Shown: one piece after another, positions 39,015 through 50,235 of the stretch
Numbering within the stretch: the stretch's first letter is position 1
Layout: every line of letters starts with the position of its first letter
From: a virus
Taxonomy: Duplodnaviria > Caudoviricetes
DNA: 64,000 nucleotides
Reading direction: 5' to 3' (one strand)
IMG/VR virus record: IMGVR_UViG_3300029288_000071
Location: 143,031 to 207,030 of that record
Program-made: the position numbers and the translations under genes
The notes under the pieces: model-generated
The model's input: only the letters and a program-made list of their open reading frames with translations
What the model was told of the DNA's origin: nothing
Database searches by the model: none

Positions 39015-41999
39015 TTATACATTCAATTGAGTTACTAATTCTACAACACCACCAAAGCCACTTTCATTAACTGCAATAACAATTGGAAGTTTATCTGAAT
39101 TTCCACTTAATAAGTTGGTCATTCTTAATTCAACTAAACCTATTGATTTGTCTAAATATTTAGCTTTTCTAGTAATCTTAAAAGTTATACCTTTTGTTGT
39201 AGTTATTGGATAATCATGATATAATTCAGCATCACTAAATTGAACATTATTAACTATAGCATCAAACCAATGCTCAAAATGATCTGTTGCACTTGAAGAA
39301 AATGGCACTTCTATTCTAACACAATTTTGTGTAGAAGTTATAGTTTTTCCTGTACTTTGTCTTATTAATTTAATAGTTCCTGTTATTGAAGTTGTCCATT
39401 CATTAAAATTACTATCAGTTTGTAAAAAATTTCTATTAAGAGTTGTAACTAACAAAGTATTAATAGGATCAGTTACTTCTTGATAAAATGGTTGTATTTC
39501 AGTATTATTATTCAATACTCTTTTAAAATTAGTAGAATGTTCTTGTACCCAATCAGTAATTGCAGGTGAAACTTGTAGCTTATCATTTGTGTTTTGTTGT
39601 TCACTAACAACATCAACTGTTTTTTCTATGTTTGCTTCTAATTTAGGTTCAGCACAAATAAGAGGGTGATCAGTATGAAATCTAGAAGAATCAAGCAAGT
39701 GCTTTTCAATTGTAACTCCTCTATTTAATAGATTAGTTCTTGCTGGAATTAATTGCTGAACTCCATGCATAATTCCTTCAATAATAGGAGCTAAATTTTC
39801 AAGAACATCAATATATCCATTAAAATCAAATTTGCTTGTATATCTACAAAAAACTCTTGATGCACAGGCTGATTCTGCTATATATTGATAAGGATAACCA
39901 CTAAAAGAACCATAAAAATTAGCAGGATCTCCAATCATATCAGAGACATTTAAATCTCCCAAAACATTGATAATGTCATTATTTATTGCATTTACTGGTC
40001 TAAAGCCTACATGTAAAATATTTGCTTTATCAAATTTTGATACACTATTTACATAAGTTTCAATATTATCTTCAACAAATTCCCCAATATTGGAATATTC
40101 AATTTTTCTTCTCATATCTTCTACAAGAAGATAATTATTTGCAGCAGAAGTAGAACCACTAAATGATGCTGTTAAAGATGAACTTAATGTCCAAGAATTT
40201 ACTATATAATTTGAACCTGTAAGAACTACATCTTCTTTTAGTTTATACTCAAATACAACTGATGAATTAGATGCAGCTGATCCTGAATTCATCATACTAA
40301 CTGATTCATAATTTTCTGTATGTTCTTGCATATCTAAACTATTCAATGCAATTTTAAACATTTTTACTTCATGAATATTTCCAGTAAAACATGAAATGCT
40401 ATTAGCAGAACAACCAATATATAAATTAGTAGCACCACTAATAGCTACTGCAGTTCCTGTACTTTTTCCAGTTAGTGATTTATATTGATCAGTAGTATCT
40501 GATCCAGAAACTGTAATAATATCAGTTGCTATATCATTAACCCAAGAAGCTTGAACATATGCTGTATTACTTTGCCTACTTCCAAATATATTAACATATC
40601 CTGTACTTAATGCATAATTTAAACTTGCTGATACAGAAGCAGCAGTAGTTGCTGTAACAGATTTATTAATAATAAATTGAATTCTACCTGGAAGAATATA
40701 TGCTAAAGAAAAACCTGAAGTAGATCCACTTAAACATGACATAATAACAAAAGAATTTGACAAGCTTGATGTAGATATTCTAGCTTCTATTGTAAAATCT
40801 TGTCCAGAATTTATATTAAAATTTGAAGAAAGAGAATCAGGAGTAATTATATAAGCACTATTTGAAAGATTTAAAACTTTAACATCTTTATATTCAACTT
40901 TTTCTTGCCATTCAGGATCACTATGAAAACTATAATCATCAATTTGCATATAATTATCGGGTAATCCATAGATTCTAATTAAAGATTTAATGCTTTCTAA
41001 TGTTCCTTTTTTCTTATAAAGGTACATTAAATTATTCAATACTCTATTCCATATTTTTGCAGAAACTATATAAAGAGGCTCATTATCTCCTGTACGTCTT
41101 AAATATTGAGAAATATCTTGTCTTAACAATGTATCAATTAATTCAAAACCAAAATGCTTAGCTATTAAATTTTGTATTACACCGTTAGGAACTCTATTAA
41201 AATCATCATATGAAATATGATTAATATTTGCAAATTGATCTATATAGAGTTTAATATCATCAAAAATTGCTCCAATTATAGAAATAAATTTTTCTAAATT
41301 TTCATCAGTATCGTTAAGATATAATGATTCCGGAAGCCAATCAGTCATATTTGATTGTCTATTAACATAATCAATTCTTGTTTCAGGATTTATTCTTGAA
41401 GTCCTGTAATCACTATCATCAAAGTAAACTATTTCAAAATCTGTTGCAGTTCCTGAGATATTTCTTATTGTATTTAAACCAGCATCATAAGATTGAGCTA
41501 AAGAAATTAAATTATTTGCTAAAGTAGCTTGTTGTCCTGCAATAACATTACTTGAACTTCTTGCTAAGTCTATTAAATAAATTACAGTTCCATCTTGAGC
41601 TGAACTTGATGCAGTAATAGTTGGAGTGTTATCTAAATATGAATTTCCTGTAACACCTCCCAAATAAAATAATACATATTTTTCGAATCCATTTAACCCA
41701 AAAAGATAACTATCATATGCTGCAGTGTTTTCTGCACTTAAAGCAGATGTAGATTGACCTGAAAGTCCAATTGGATAAGTAGTTCTAATTTTATCAATTG
41801 CTGCATTTGTTTTACGTTCTGCAGAATTAAAATATACATGTTTTGAAAAATCACTAAAGTCAATTGTGGGCTCAATTACTCGAATTGAAGATAAGCTTTG
41901 TTGTACAAATGTAGAACTCAACGAATTAGAATCATAAAATTTTCTAAAAAGTTGATCTTGATTTGTAAAATATGTTCCTGTAAAAGCACTAACTGACAT
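39015..41999 (-). CDS. large baseplate wedge/tail protein with a LamG-like domain
   Basis: FI.IIG..FD.I..Y, IWNR.LNNL.YL.K.KGT..SI..LI..YG tail-I/gp7-like segment; DFTIEAR...FTGNIHEVKMF LamG. Confidence 0.7.
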   Translation of the reverse strand: MSVSAFTGTYFTNQDQLFRKFYDSNSLSSTFVQQSLSSIRVIEPTIDFSDFSKHVYFNSAERKTNAAIDKIRTTYPIGLSGQSTSALSAENTAAYDSYLFGLNGFEKYVLFYLGGVTGNSYLDNTPTITASSSAQDGTVIYLIDLARSSSNVIAGQQATLANNLISLAQSYDAGLNTIRNISGTATDFEIVYFDDSDYRTSRINPETRIDYVNRQSNMTDWLPESLYLNDTDENLEKFISIIGAIFDDIKLYIDQFANINHISYDDFNRVPNGVIQNLIAKHFGFELIDTLLRQDISQYLRRTGDNEPLYIVSAKIWNRVLNNLMYLYKKKGTLESIKSLIRIYGLPDNYMQIDDYSFHSDPEWQEKVEYKDVKVLNLSNSAYIITPDSLSSNFNINSGQDFTIEARISTSSLSNSFVIMSCLSGSTSGFSLAYILPGRIQFIINKSVTATTAASVSASLNYALSTGYVNIFGSRQSNTAYVQASWVNDIATDIITVSGSDTTDQYKSLTGKSTGTAVAISGATNLYIGCSANSISCFTGNIHEVKMFKIALNSLDMQEHTENYESVSMMNSGSAASNSSVVFEYKLKEDVVLTGSNYIVNSWTLSSSLTASFSGSTSAANNYLLVEDMRRKIEYSNIGEFVEDNIETYVNSVSKFDKANILHVGFRPVNAINNDIINVLGDLNVSDMIGDPANFYGSFSGYPYQYIAESACASRVFCRYTSKFDFNGYIDVLENLAPIIEGIMHGVQQLIPARTNLLNRGVTIEKHLLDSSRFHTDHPLICAEPKLEANIEKTVDVVSEQQNTNDKLQVSPAITDWVQEHSTNFKRVLNNNTEIQPFYQEVTDPINTLLVTTLNRNFLQTDSNFNEWTTSITGTIKLIRQSTGKTITSTQNCVRIEVPFSSSATDHFEHWFDAIVNNVQFSDAELYHDYPITTTKGITFKITRKAKYLDKSIGLVELRMTNLLSGNSDKLPIVIAVNESGFGGVVELVTQLNV

Positions 42000-42003
42000 G
42001 TAG

Positions 42004-43395
42004 TTATACTATTTTAAATGTTTTATTAAATAATAAAGTTTGACCTTGAATATCTAATTTAAATTCAATTTTATATGATGAATTTTTAGCAAAATTATCA
42101 GAATTTATTGAAAAGAAATTACTCTCAGAATCATAAGATAAAGGTTGCCAATCCATATCTACAAAATCAGCATCATTTAAAATTCTCCAAAATCCATTTG
42201 TAGAAATATAACTAGAAATAGTTGAAGCTGCAATGGATGAAATAGAATTAAGTTCTGATTGTACTAATGGTTGAATATCAGCAGTTCTTTGCCAAATAAA
42301 AATCTTTTTAGTTACATTAGTATTTTTTTGTATAAGTCCATTTTCAAAATCAATAACTTTGAATACAACATCATAAACAGAAAGATTATTTTGACTAGTA
42401 ACACTTTGTAAAGGATAAAAATTTCTAGTTAAAGGAGAACCAGAAGAACTAGAAGTTACAGTCCAAGTATCATAAAAAGCTGTTGCTGAATTTCCTGAAA
42501 GAGGATAAGTAAATGTAGCTTTATAAACTCCCTTTTTTACTCTTGCAGCACTTACAGATAAAGAACTTACTGAAGATAAACTACTTGATATTGTAACAGT
42601 TCCTGGGAAACTAGATGTTACTGAATCGATGTCTGTATAAATTCCATTAGGAGTATTATAAAAATATAAGTTCATTGAATTTCCAAACACTCCAGTGTTT
42701 CTGTCATCTTTTATTGAATCATCCCAAGTAAATTCTAAATATGGTGCAAACATTGGCTCATTTGTACTTCTACTGTGAAATGATTTTCTATACCATTGTT
42801 CATTTGTTGAAGTTAAAGATTCTGCTGTAGAATCCATTTTTATTATAAATCCATAATTAGCAGATACTCCACTTATCCAATTATTAATCATTGCACTTAA
42901 ATTAGCAGTTAAATTTTCAAATCCAGTCTCAAAATATTGAGTTGCAGAACTACTATCAATTTTATAATCTCCGCCTGCTGTTGTCCAAACTGCTGAAGTA
43001 GATGCTGATAACCAGTTTGATACTCCTTGTTGTGTGAATGAATCTATTCTATTCATTCTACCTTCAGTCCATTGAGTTGTTACTGGAAATATTTGTGCTG
43101 TAAAATCATATGCTTGAGGATTAGCATGATTGATATTAAAAAATTTCAAAGTACAAGTTACAGAAGAATTAAGTGGATTTGGAAGTGTTTCTTTTGCTAT
43201 TTCAGAAATAATAGTATTTATATCTACTTGTCCTAAAATTCTAGCAAGATATTTTTTATTTGTATCATATTTATACCATCCCCATAAATCTACAATTTGA
43301 GAATTACCTGCATTACCCAATCCTGTTAAGCTTAAGATACTGCTATAAGTACTAATCGTATTATCTTTTGAGAGTGGTGCTCTATAAAGTCCCAT
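42004..43395 (-). CDS. virion protein with a DNRLRE/disaggregatase-like domain
   Basis: KDNTI, RIL, W.EG, W...GGD, NYGFIIK, F.SR.T...P.LE..WDDS. Confidence 0.65.
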   Translation of the reverse strand: MGLYRAPLSKDNTISTYSSILSLTGLGNAGNSQIVDLWGWYKYDTNKKYLARILGQVDINTIISEIAKETLPNPLNSSVTCTLKFFNINHANPQAYDFTAQIFPVTTQWTEGRMNRIDSFTQQGVSNWLSASTSAVWTTAGGDYKIDSSSATQYFETGFENLTANLSAMINNWISGVSANYGFIIKMDSTAESLTSTNEQWYRKSFHSRSTNEPMFAPYLEFTWDDSIKDDRNTGVFGNSMNLYFYNTPNGIYTDIDSVTSSFPGTVTISSSLSSVSSLSVSAARVKKGVYKATFTYPLSGNSATAFYDTWTVTSSSSGSPLTRNFYPLQSVTSQNNLSVYDVVFKVIDFENGLIQKNTNVTKKIFIWQRTADIQPLVQSELNSISSIAASTISSYISTNGFWRILNDADFVDMDWQPLSYDSESNFFSINSDNFAKNSSYKIEFKLDIQGQTLLFNKTFKIV

Positions 43396-43995
43396 TTATT
43401 CTCCTAATATTTTTGCTAATAAATTATGATTTTCTTGAATAAATTTTTCTGCTTCTTTTATAGAATTTATTGAAAATCTGTATAATTTATAGCCATTTTG
43501 TTCTGCTATTTCATTTTTTAACTTATCGTTTTCTATAGCTATGGGTTTGCTATGCCACCATGATCCATCAATTTCAATTAAAACATTTTTATTAGGAATT
43601 TTGTAATCAAAACACCTACCTTGAATCCAAATTGAAGGTTGAAGAATTATATTAAAATTTTTAAATACACTATCTCCAAAATATATTTCAGATTTTGATT
43701 GATAATTCTTATGATAAGTTTCATTTCTATTTTTTAAAAAATTACTAACACCTTTGCTTATTTTTTCTTTTCTTTCTTTAGATGAATAAAAACAATTTAA
43801 GCTGCAATATTTTCTTTTAGTACTTGCAAGAGCTTCAAATTCTTTTTTGCAGTTTAAACATATTATTTTTTCTCGAGTTTTTGTTTTACTCAACGCAATT
43901 TTAGCTATAATTTCTGCAGAGTGATGAAATCCCATACGAGATTCACTTAATGTTTTTCTAGTTTTATCAGTTCTTATGTAAATTCCTGTAGGCAT
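43396..43995 (-). mobile_element. homing-endonuclease-like protein (NUMOD3 + zinc ribbon + DUF559/Vsr-like nuclease)
   Basis: MGFHHSAE; CLNC...YCS..C; SKSE, FDY, IEIDGSWWH, D..KN. Confidence 0.8.
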
Positions 43996-44004
43996 AATTT
44001 AGAT

Positions 44005-45816
44005 TTAACTTATGATTGAACCTTGAATATCAAATTTTGGATAACGTACTTCAAAAATACAATCTGGATCACATTGAACTATGTTATTTTTTATTCTAGC
44101 ATTTACATTGAAGTAACCCGAACTATCTATATAAGTTCTTCCAGAATAACTTGGAGGCATTTGAACAAATTTTACTTCTGGAACTGCTAAAACTCCATTA
44201 ACATTGACTAATTCTTTTTGAATTAAACTAATAGAAATACTTTGTCCAATATTCCATTTTCTAATATCAAAGAAATCTTGTAGTTCTAATAAGCAATTTG
44301 CTAATATTTCTTGTTGATTAGTAGTTTTATCAGAAATTAAAGAAAAATTAATTCCTAAATTTATTATTTTACCATCAACAATATTTAAATTTTCTGAAAT
44401 ACTTTTGAATTCTTTTAGATAACTAGCTATATTAAGTTTTAATGCATTTGAAGGTAAAGCAAGAGTACCATCTGAATTTCTAGTTATGATAGAAAGTTTT
44501 AATCCATTATTAACATTTGGATCTTTAGAAGCTGTGGCTCTAAATGCACTTCCAAAACTTGAAGGCATAGTATAAGTTCTAACAATATAATCTTGTAATG
44601 TAACACATCTTAATTGAGAAGCTAAATTTGCTGAAGCATTATACTTTATTTGATCTAATGTTTCACCTTCTTCTCCACCAGTACAAGGCTCGGGATTACT
44701 AATTTTCATAGAAGCTTCTAATTTACTCTTACCAAAATCATTTCCTGTAACTTTATATTCTAAATATTTTTGAGCTATTTCAGTTAATGTGTTAGCTGAA
44801 GCATTAGAAGCTAATCCCCCTCCTGATCTATATTTAATTGTTAAAGTACAATTTGCAGGAGCAAGCCCTAAAGTCCCAGTATTTATAAAATCTGATGGAT
44901 CAACAGAAGCAGGACTAAATCCAGAAATTGCCCCTCTTATTCCTAAAGGTAAAACATAATCTTCTGGATTAGGTATAAATTCTGCATCACTTAAGTTCAT
45001 AGTACCACTTCCGAATCTTAAGTATGATTGACCATTAGCTTCTTTTTCTAGTACAAATCTTCGTGGAACTCTTCTTAATGTTAAAATATAAGGTACTTCT
45101 GCACTAGAGCTTTGATCATTTATTATTCCTACAAATTGATTTTCTTGAGCTAGATAATCAACTTCATACCAAGTAAATCCATCTGAACTTGTTACACTCA
45201 AAATCTCTAACACATCTGCAGTAGGTAAGGGTAATTTTAAGAATTGTACAGCTTTACTTATATTAACTTGGTAAGTTTTAGAAATACCTCCAAGAGTTAT
45301 TAAACCTGAAATAGAAGCAGAAGTTACACCATTTACTGCATCAACTGTTCTAGTTATAGCTGTAGTACTACTTGTATCAATATCATAAAGTAATTCTTGT
45401 GTAACTTGCCCTGTTTTATCTGCAAATCTTGTACCTTTTCTTAAAACAAATTCATAATTAGTTGTTGCAAGATGCGTAGGATAATTGAAATTTAAAATTA
45501 TATTATTATTTTGAGAAGCCGATTTTCCTCTAATTTTATAGCCTAAGTTTTTTGCTTCTGCAATAATATTACTTTCTTCTTGAGCTGTAGATAAAAATAA
45601 CTCATTAAATTGATGATCAAGATAAAAATTAAGAATATCACCCGCATAACAAACTGCTTCTAAAATAGCCATTCCTGCAGATTGATCTGAAAAATCATTA
45701 AAAGAATCTGGGTATTGCTGTTTGATATAATCTGTTAAACTATTTCTAAGAGAATCAAAATCTCTAGAAATATATGAAACAGTTGGTATTTTTTTAATTT
45801 GACTATATAATTCCAT
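44005..45816 (-). CDS. baseplate wedge protein (T4 gp6 / baseplate J-like)
   Basis: Y.SRDF.S.R..L..Y, DFS..SAGM..LE..Y.GD.L.FY.D, A..LGY, GG...ET, Q.RCVT..DY. Confidence 0.88.
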   Translation of the reverse strand: MELYSQIKKIPTVSYISRDFDSLRNSLTDYIKQQYPDSFNDFSDQSAGMAILEAVCYAGDILNFYLDHQFNELFLSTAQEESNIIAEAKNLGYKIRGKSASQNNNIILNFNYPTHLATTNYEFVLRKGTRFADKTGQVTQELLYDIDTSSTTAITRTVDAVNGVTSASISGLITLGGISKTYQVNISKAVQFLKLPLPTADVLEILSVTSSDGFTWYEVDYLAQENQFVGIINDQSSSAEVPYILTLRRVPRRFVLEKEANGQSYLRFGSGTMNLSDAEFIPNPEDYVLPLGIRGAISGFSPASVDPSDFINTGTLGLAPANCTLTIKYRSGGGLASNASANTLTEIAQKYLEYKVTGNDFGKSKLEASMKISNPEPCTGGEEGETLDQIKYNASANLASQLRCVTLQDYIVRTYTMPSSFGSAFRATASKDPNVNNGLKLSIITRNSDGTLALPSNALKLNIASYLKEFKSISENLNIVDGKIINLGINFSLISDKTTNQQEILANCLLELQDFFDIRKWNIGQSISISLIQKELVNVNGVLAVPEVKFVQMPPSYSGRTYIDSSGYFNVNARIKNNIVQCDPDCIFEVRYPKFDIQGSIIS

Positions 45817-45820
45817 TATT

Positions 45821-46210
45821 TTAACCTACAACAACTGTTAAAGAATCTTGTATTGTATCTAAATTTTTAAAAGCATAAGTAATTTTTATTTCTACAGCAT
45901 TTTGTGTTTGAGTAGTATCATCTAAATAATTTATGTTTAAACTTAAAATCTGTAGTTGAGGAAAAAAACTAGAAAATATTCTATTTACTTCATTTGCACA
46001 AATAGATTGTAAATTTTGTTGACTATTTGGATCAAATAATATTTTTCTAAATTTAGAACCAATTTGATTATTAACTACTCTCTCTCCTTGATCTGTTGCA
46101 AACAAAATAGCTATATTTTGTTTTAAGTTTTCAAGAGTAGTTTCTGTTAGAGCAAAATATCCTTGAGTATCACTTAAAGTTAAAGGAAATTTAAAATTTT
46201 TATTTGACAT
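45821..46210 (-). CDS. baseplate wedge protein, gp25/GPW-like
   Basis: KFPL, K.NI..LF.T..GER....G..LFD. Confidence 0.85.
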   Translation of the reverse strand: MSNKNFKFPLTLSDTQGYFALTETTLENLKQNIAILFATDQGERVVNNQIGSKFRKILFDPNSQQNLQSICANEVNRIFSSFFPQLQILSLNINYLDDTTQTQNAVEIKITYAFKNLDTIQDSLTVVVG

Positions 46211-46589
46211 TGTTAAATATTTCTTCTAATAGCAATTTATTTTTTTCTAAAGCTATTGGAATTTCTTTTTTATTATTAAGTTCTATTCTATATAATTTAA
46301 ATCCATTTCTTATAGCAATCATTTCTTTCCATTTATCTCTTAAAACATCTTTTTTCTTACTATGCCATTTTCTACCATCAATTTCTAATAAACAATTATT
46401 ATATCTACCATCAAAAAATCTATAATGTAAACAAAACTGTCTTTCAATTTTTATATTATAAATTATTTCAAGTTGATCTAAAAATAATTTTTCACTTTCT
46501 GAACTAAAGTCACATCCTAAAAATTTTTTACCTTTCCCCTTAAGTTTTGGAGCTATTGACAATTTTTTAAAACTTTTTATTCTTCTCAT
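46200..46589 (-). mobile_element. short DUF559/Vsr-like endonuclease
   Basis: S..E, RQF, FFDG, LLEIDGRKWH, D..K. Confidence 0.75.
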
Positions 46590-47662
46590 TAATTAAGTGC
46601 AATAACTTTACTATGATGATTTTTTATTTTAGGATTTAAATCATTAACAGCAGTTTTTATAGAAGAAACATCAACACCAGAACTAGTAGGAGATGCAGTT
46701 TTTGCAGAACAAGGCTTACCAGTAGAATCTAATAATGTTCCAGCTGAATGATCATGTGAATCATGAGCTGATTTTAATTTATCTACTTGATCAGTTAAAT
46801 TTATAATTTGTTCTGTTAATGCTTTAAGCCATATTTCTAAATTCTCTCCTAAAACAGCAGATTGAATATCTCCTCCATCTCTTGATATCAATCTTAATCT
46901 TAATGATTCTAATAATAAATAGGCTGAATTTGTGTTTTTAAATCCTTCAAATGTTGAAGAAAAAGTCTTGCCAATATTTTTAGCAATCATATCATCTAAA
47001 CTACTTAATGTAGCTATTATAACTCTAGACCCTCTTGATTTAGTAAAGTCATCAGATAAGAAATTACTATCATTTGCTTGAGCTTCAGTTAGTAATTCAA
47101 TATATCCTTTTTTAGTAACTGAATCGAATGAATGATTAATTTTTGTATTAGATCTTCCCTGAACTAAAACATCTCCAGGTTTAAATCTTTGTTCAGGAAT
47201 ATTATAATTCTCATTAGGATTTACATCATCAGATTCAACAGATAATGAATTTTCAGTACCATATTTATTTTGAATACTGGTAAAATCTTGATCATCATTT
47301 CCTACAACAATTTTTGTTAATAAGTTATTATTACGTGCTGTAGAAATCCAAAATCCAGACTTTAAATTTCCAATTTCTTCACATATTATTAGCACTTCTT
47401 CATTAACTTCAGGAATTGCAATTAAGTGTGGCGGCAATAATGATGGATAAAAATTTTCATTTTCTGAAGAATATGGATCATCTATTCCAAAAACTTTAAT
47501 TCTTAAACTAAAAGCTGGTCTTGATTCATTTCCTATTCTATCAACAAAGGTCACAATTCCCCTATAAAGAATTCTATTGAATTTTTTTTCATTTCTATAT
47601 TGCTGTTTTGCTGTTTTATGAAATATAATTCCTGGATCATATATTTCACGAGTACTTCTCAT
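46589..47662 (-). CDS. baseplate hub/central spike protein (gp5/gpV-like)
   Basis: N-terminal OB-fold-like IPEVNEEV, PGDV.VQGR, AVLGE.L..WL, HxH tip motif HDSHDH. Confidence 0.7.
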   Translation of the reverse strand: MRSTREIYDPGIIFHKTAKQQYRNEKKFNRILYRGIVTFVDRIGNESRPAFSLRIKVFGIDDPYSSENENFYPSLLPPHLIAIPEVNEEVLIICEEIGNLKSGFWISTARNNNLLTKIVVGNDDQDFTSIQNKYGTENSLSVESDDVNPNENYNIPEQRFKPGDVLVQGRSNTKINHSFDSVTKKGYIELLTEAQANDSNFLSDDFTKSRGSRVIIATLSSLDDMIAKNIGKTFSSTFEGFKNTNSAYLLLESLRLRLISRDGGDIQSAVLGENLEIWLKALTEQIINLTDQVDKLKSAHDSHDHSAGTLLDSTGKPCSAKTASPTSSGVDVSSIKTAVNDLNPKIKNHHSKVIALN

Positions 47663-48357
47663 TAAATTACACCATCATAATATTGAGTTTTTGTTCTAAG
47701 ATAATCTTTTCTAAATTCTTTTAAATATTGAGTTATAACTTTAGAGTTTAAACCTGAATATTCTCTTAAAAGAAGATAAAGATGTTTTTTATTGAATATT
47801 GCTTCTTTCTGAACATTTTTCATGAAATAAATAATTGCATCTGCAACTTTCTTTTTATCTTCACAATAACTATCTCTATTTTTTTCAAATCTATTTACTA
47901 ATATTTTAAAAAATTCTTGCATTTCATTATTGTTTTCATCATTAACAGATAAATTTAAATTAGTATCTAAAGGAATTTCTAATCCTTCAATATTTTCATT
48001 TAAATAATCAGTTTTAGTATGTTTTATAGATTTTTGTACAAGATAATTTTTAGCAACTGTTCCAAAATAAGAAAAAGCTTTTACTCTCTTTTTGGATTTT
48101 TTTGAAAGTCTGCGAGGATTAAATTTTTCTATATTAGAATAAAGATGAGCCATTACTTCATCTTGTAAAGAATTGAAGTTTCCCATCTTTTTAAAATTAA
48201 AACGGGGCATATTCACAATATTTTCAGTAAGTTTTAAGAAAGCAGGCATTATTCTATGTAAATAGATTAATTCTTTTTCTGCTTCATTACTGCATTTGAT
48301 ATAGTCGCGGATGGCTTGTTCTGTCTCTGACCCAAAATATATAGTGCTTTTCGCCAT
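47662..48357 (-). CDS. putative late sigma-like transcription factor (gp55-like)
   Basis: YF...TE.AI..Y, PAF.KL.ENI, KF.P...KAFSYFGT.AKNYL (sigma region-2-like). Start set at MAKST. Confidence 0.55.
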   Translation of the reverse strand: MAKSTIYFGSETEQAIRDYIKCSNEAEKELIYLHRIMPAFLKLTENIVNMPRFNFKKMGNFNSLQDEVMAHLYSNIEKFNPRRLSKKSKKRVKAFSYFGTVAKNYLVQKSIKHTKTDYLNENIEGLEIPLDTNLNLSVNDENNNEMQEFFKILVNRFEKNRDSYCEDKKKVADAIIYFMKNVQKEAIFNKKHLYLLLREYSGLNSKVITQYLKEFRKDYLRTKTQYYDGVI

Positions 48358-48433
48358 AATTCTTTTTATTAGGAGTAAATTCAGCAAAAAGCATATTTCA
48401 AGTATTGAAAGAACAATTACATGCTAAGAATTA

Positions 48434-48462
48434 AATTTATAAAATTACTAGATAATTGTAAA
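48434..48462 (-). promoter_or_regulatory. sigma70-like promoter for the sigma-like gene
   Basis: TTTACA-17nt-TAAATT in an intergenic gap. Confidence 0.6.
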
Positions 48463-48468
48463 TAAAAA

Positions 48469-50235
48469 TTAAGTATAAGGTTCTTGTAAAGTACAAGTTA
48501 AAACTGTTTTAAATTCATTTGGTGAAAGAATGTCTTGAGAACCTAATACCCAATAAATCCCATCTGCTCCTTGTATAAAACCTCTAAAGTCTACATAAGT
48601 TGTAAAAGGGATCATAGCAGTTCCATGAATAGTTAAAGTTAAAGAAGTAAAGTAAGCTCTTAAAGCTAATCCTATTGGAGTTGCTTGATTTTCAATAATT
48701 TCTCTAAATATTTGGTCTTTATAAACTCCTTCAGTAGCTTGTTGTAATTTCTGTCTCCAAGTTTCTTTTAATTGAGTAGTATCTAAAGCTTTAGCATTTA
48801 TATCAGAAATTCCTAATTTTTTAATTAGCTTTCCTATTGTAGTTGTTGGTTTATTTAATTTTGCATCTTCAAAGAATACACTATAAATAATTGCTGCTCC
48901 ATTTTCTGTATTTACTATTCTTGGCAAAGCATATGCTGCATCTTTTGAAATTTGACTAGCAAAAGTTACTTCATCCAATAAAGAATTTTCTGAAGAAAGA
49001 TGTACTGTTAATTTATCATTGCTATTTGTATCTACTTTTAATTTTAGAGTAGTATTTAAGTCAATTATATGTAGACTTTTACCATCATTACCCATAAGAG
49101 TTACAATATCAAAAGCGTCATTTCCTACACCCATTGAAGATTCTGTAGCAATTTTACAAAGTTCATTTATAGCTTCCATAAAATTATCACCCAAATTATC
49201 AAATACTCGAGTTTTAACTTCTGAAGCATTCAAAGGAATATATCCGACATTCTTTATTACAATATTTATGGGTTTTTTTGTATCATCTAGAAATATATTC
49301 ATACTTTTTGGAGTATTAAAACTATCAAATTCAATATGATCTATATTTTTTCTAACATCTTCAGGAATAGATTGTCTTATAGCTTCAATAGCCCAACCAA
49401 GACTGTAATAAGTATGAGTATAAATTTCATTTTTACTGCTATGTTTTACTTTATTTATTTTTTTATATACAGGTTGTGCATCTTTTAATTGATTTGTAGT
49501 AGTTGTATTTTTAAAAGCAAATTTTCCATTCAAGAAACTTTGAATGTTACTTCTATAATGAGAAATATCAAATACAGTTAAAGTAGTTTGAGCATTTGAA
49601 GCAAAATTAAGAGTTCCAAATGCCATTTTATCTTTACTTAATTCCCAATCATATCTAACTAAAGTAATTTTAGCAACTTTATAATAACCTTTATGAGATG
49701 CAGTTAAATCAATTGTTAATTTAGAAGAATTATCTTCACTAAATATTGGAATACCTTGACTTTCTTTAGCCCAACCATACATTAAGATCCAATCAGAATT
49801 TAAAGTAAGAAGTGTTCTAAGAGCAGTATTTATTTTGATTTCTTTTTCAAGAGTAGGTATTGAAATTTGCATTTCTACTCTCATTGCATTAGAGTCATAA
49901 TTTAAAGCAGAAACTATTAAATTTTCAATTCCTGGTATTCCCCTTGAATATAATAATCTTCCTTGTGCATTAGTAGAAGTTTGTTGGTTTATCATACTAA
50001 AAAGTGGTATAATTTTAACTGATTCTATTACACCACTTAAAGGCTTAAGATTAACCGATATTGCTTCAGATTTTAATCTATCATCTTTTACAGTGCTTGG
50101 AAGAACATCATCATAAATTGCAAAAAGTTCTACAAATGGCACTAATTTTGATAGTTCATCATTTTTCATATTTAATTTTTCATTCCAACCAGAAATAATT
50201 GGAAGAATATTTTTATCATAAATTAGTTGAGACAT
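48469..50235 (-). CDS. baseplate hub-like tail protein
   Basis: Position after the LysM gene; YGW; C-terminal LTLTIHG...G.Y.V....D.L....FKT.L. Confidence 0.55.
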   Translation of the reverse strand: MSQLIYDKNILPIISGWNEKLNMKNDELSKLVPFVELFAIYDDVLPSTVKDDRLKSEAISVNLKPLSGVIESVKIIPLFSMINQQTSTNAQGRLLYSRGIPGIENLIVSALNYDSNAMRVEMQISIPTLEKEIKINTALRTLLTLNSDWILMYGWAKESQGIPIFSEDNSSKLTIDLTASHKGYYKVAKITLVRYDWELSKDKMAFGTLNFASNAQTTLTVFDISHYRSNIQSFLNGKFAFKNTTTTNQLKDAQPVYKKINKVKHSSKNEIYTHTYYSLGWAIEAIRQSIPEDVRKNIDHIEFDSFNTPKSMNIFLDDTKKPINIVIKNVGYIPLNASEVKTRVFDNLGDNFMEAINELCKIATESSMGVGNDAFDIVTLMGNDGKSLHIIDLNTTLKLKVDTNSNDKLTVHLSSENSLLDEVTFASQISKDAAYALPRIVNTENGAAIIYSVFFEDAKLNKPTTTIGKLIKKLGISDINAKALDTTQLKETWRQKLQQATEGVYKDQIFREIIENQATPIGLALRAYFTSLTLTIHGTAMIPFTTYVDFRGFIQGADGIYWVLGSQDILSPNEFKTVLTCTLQEPYT

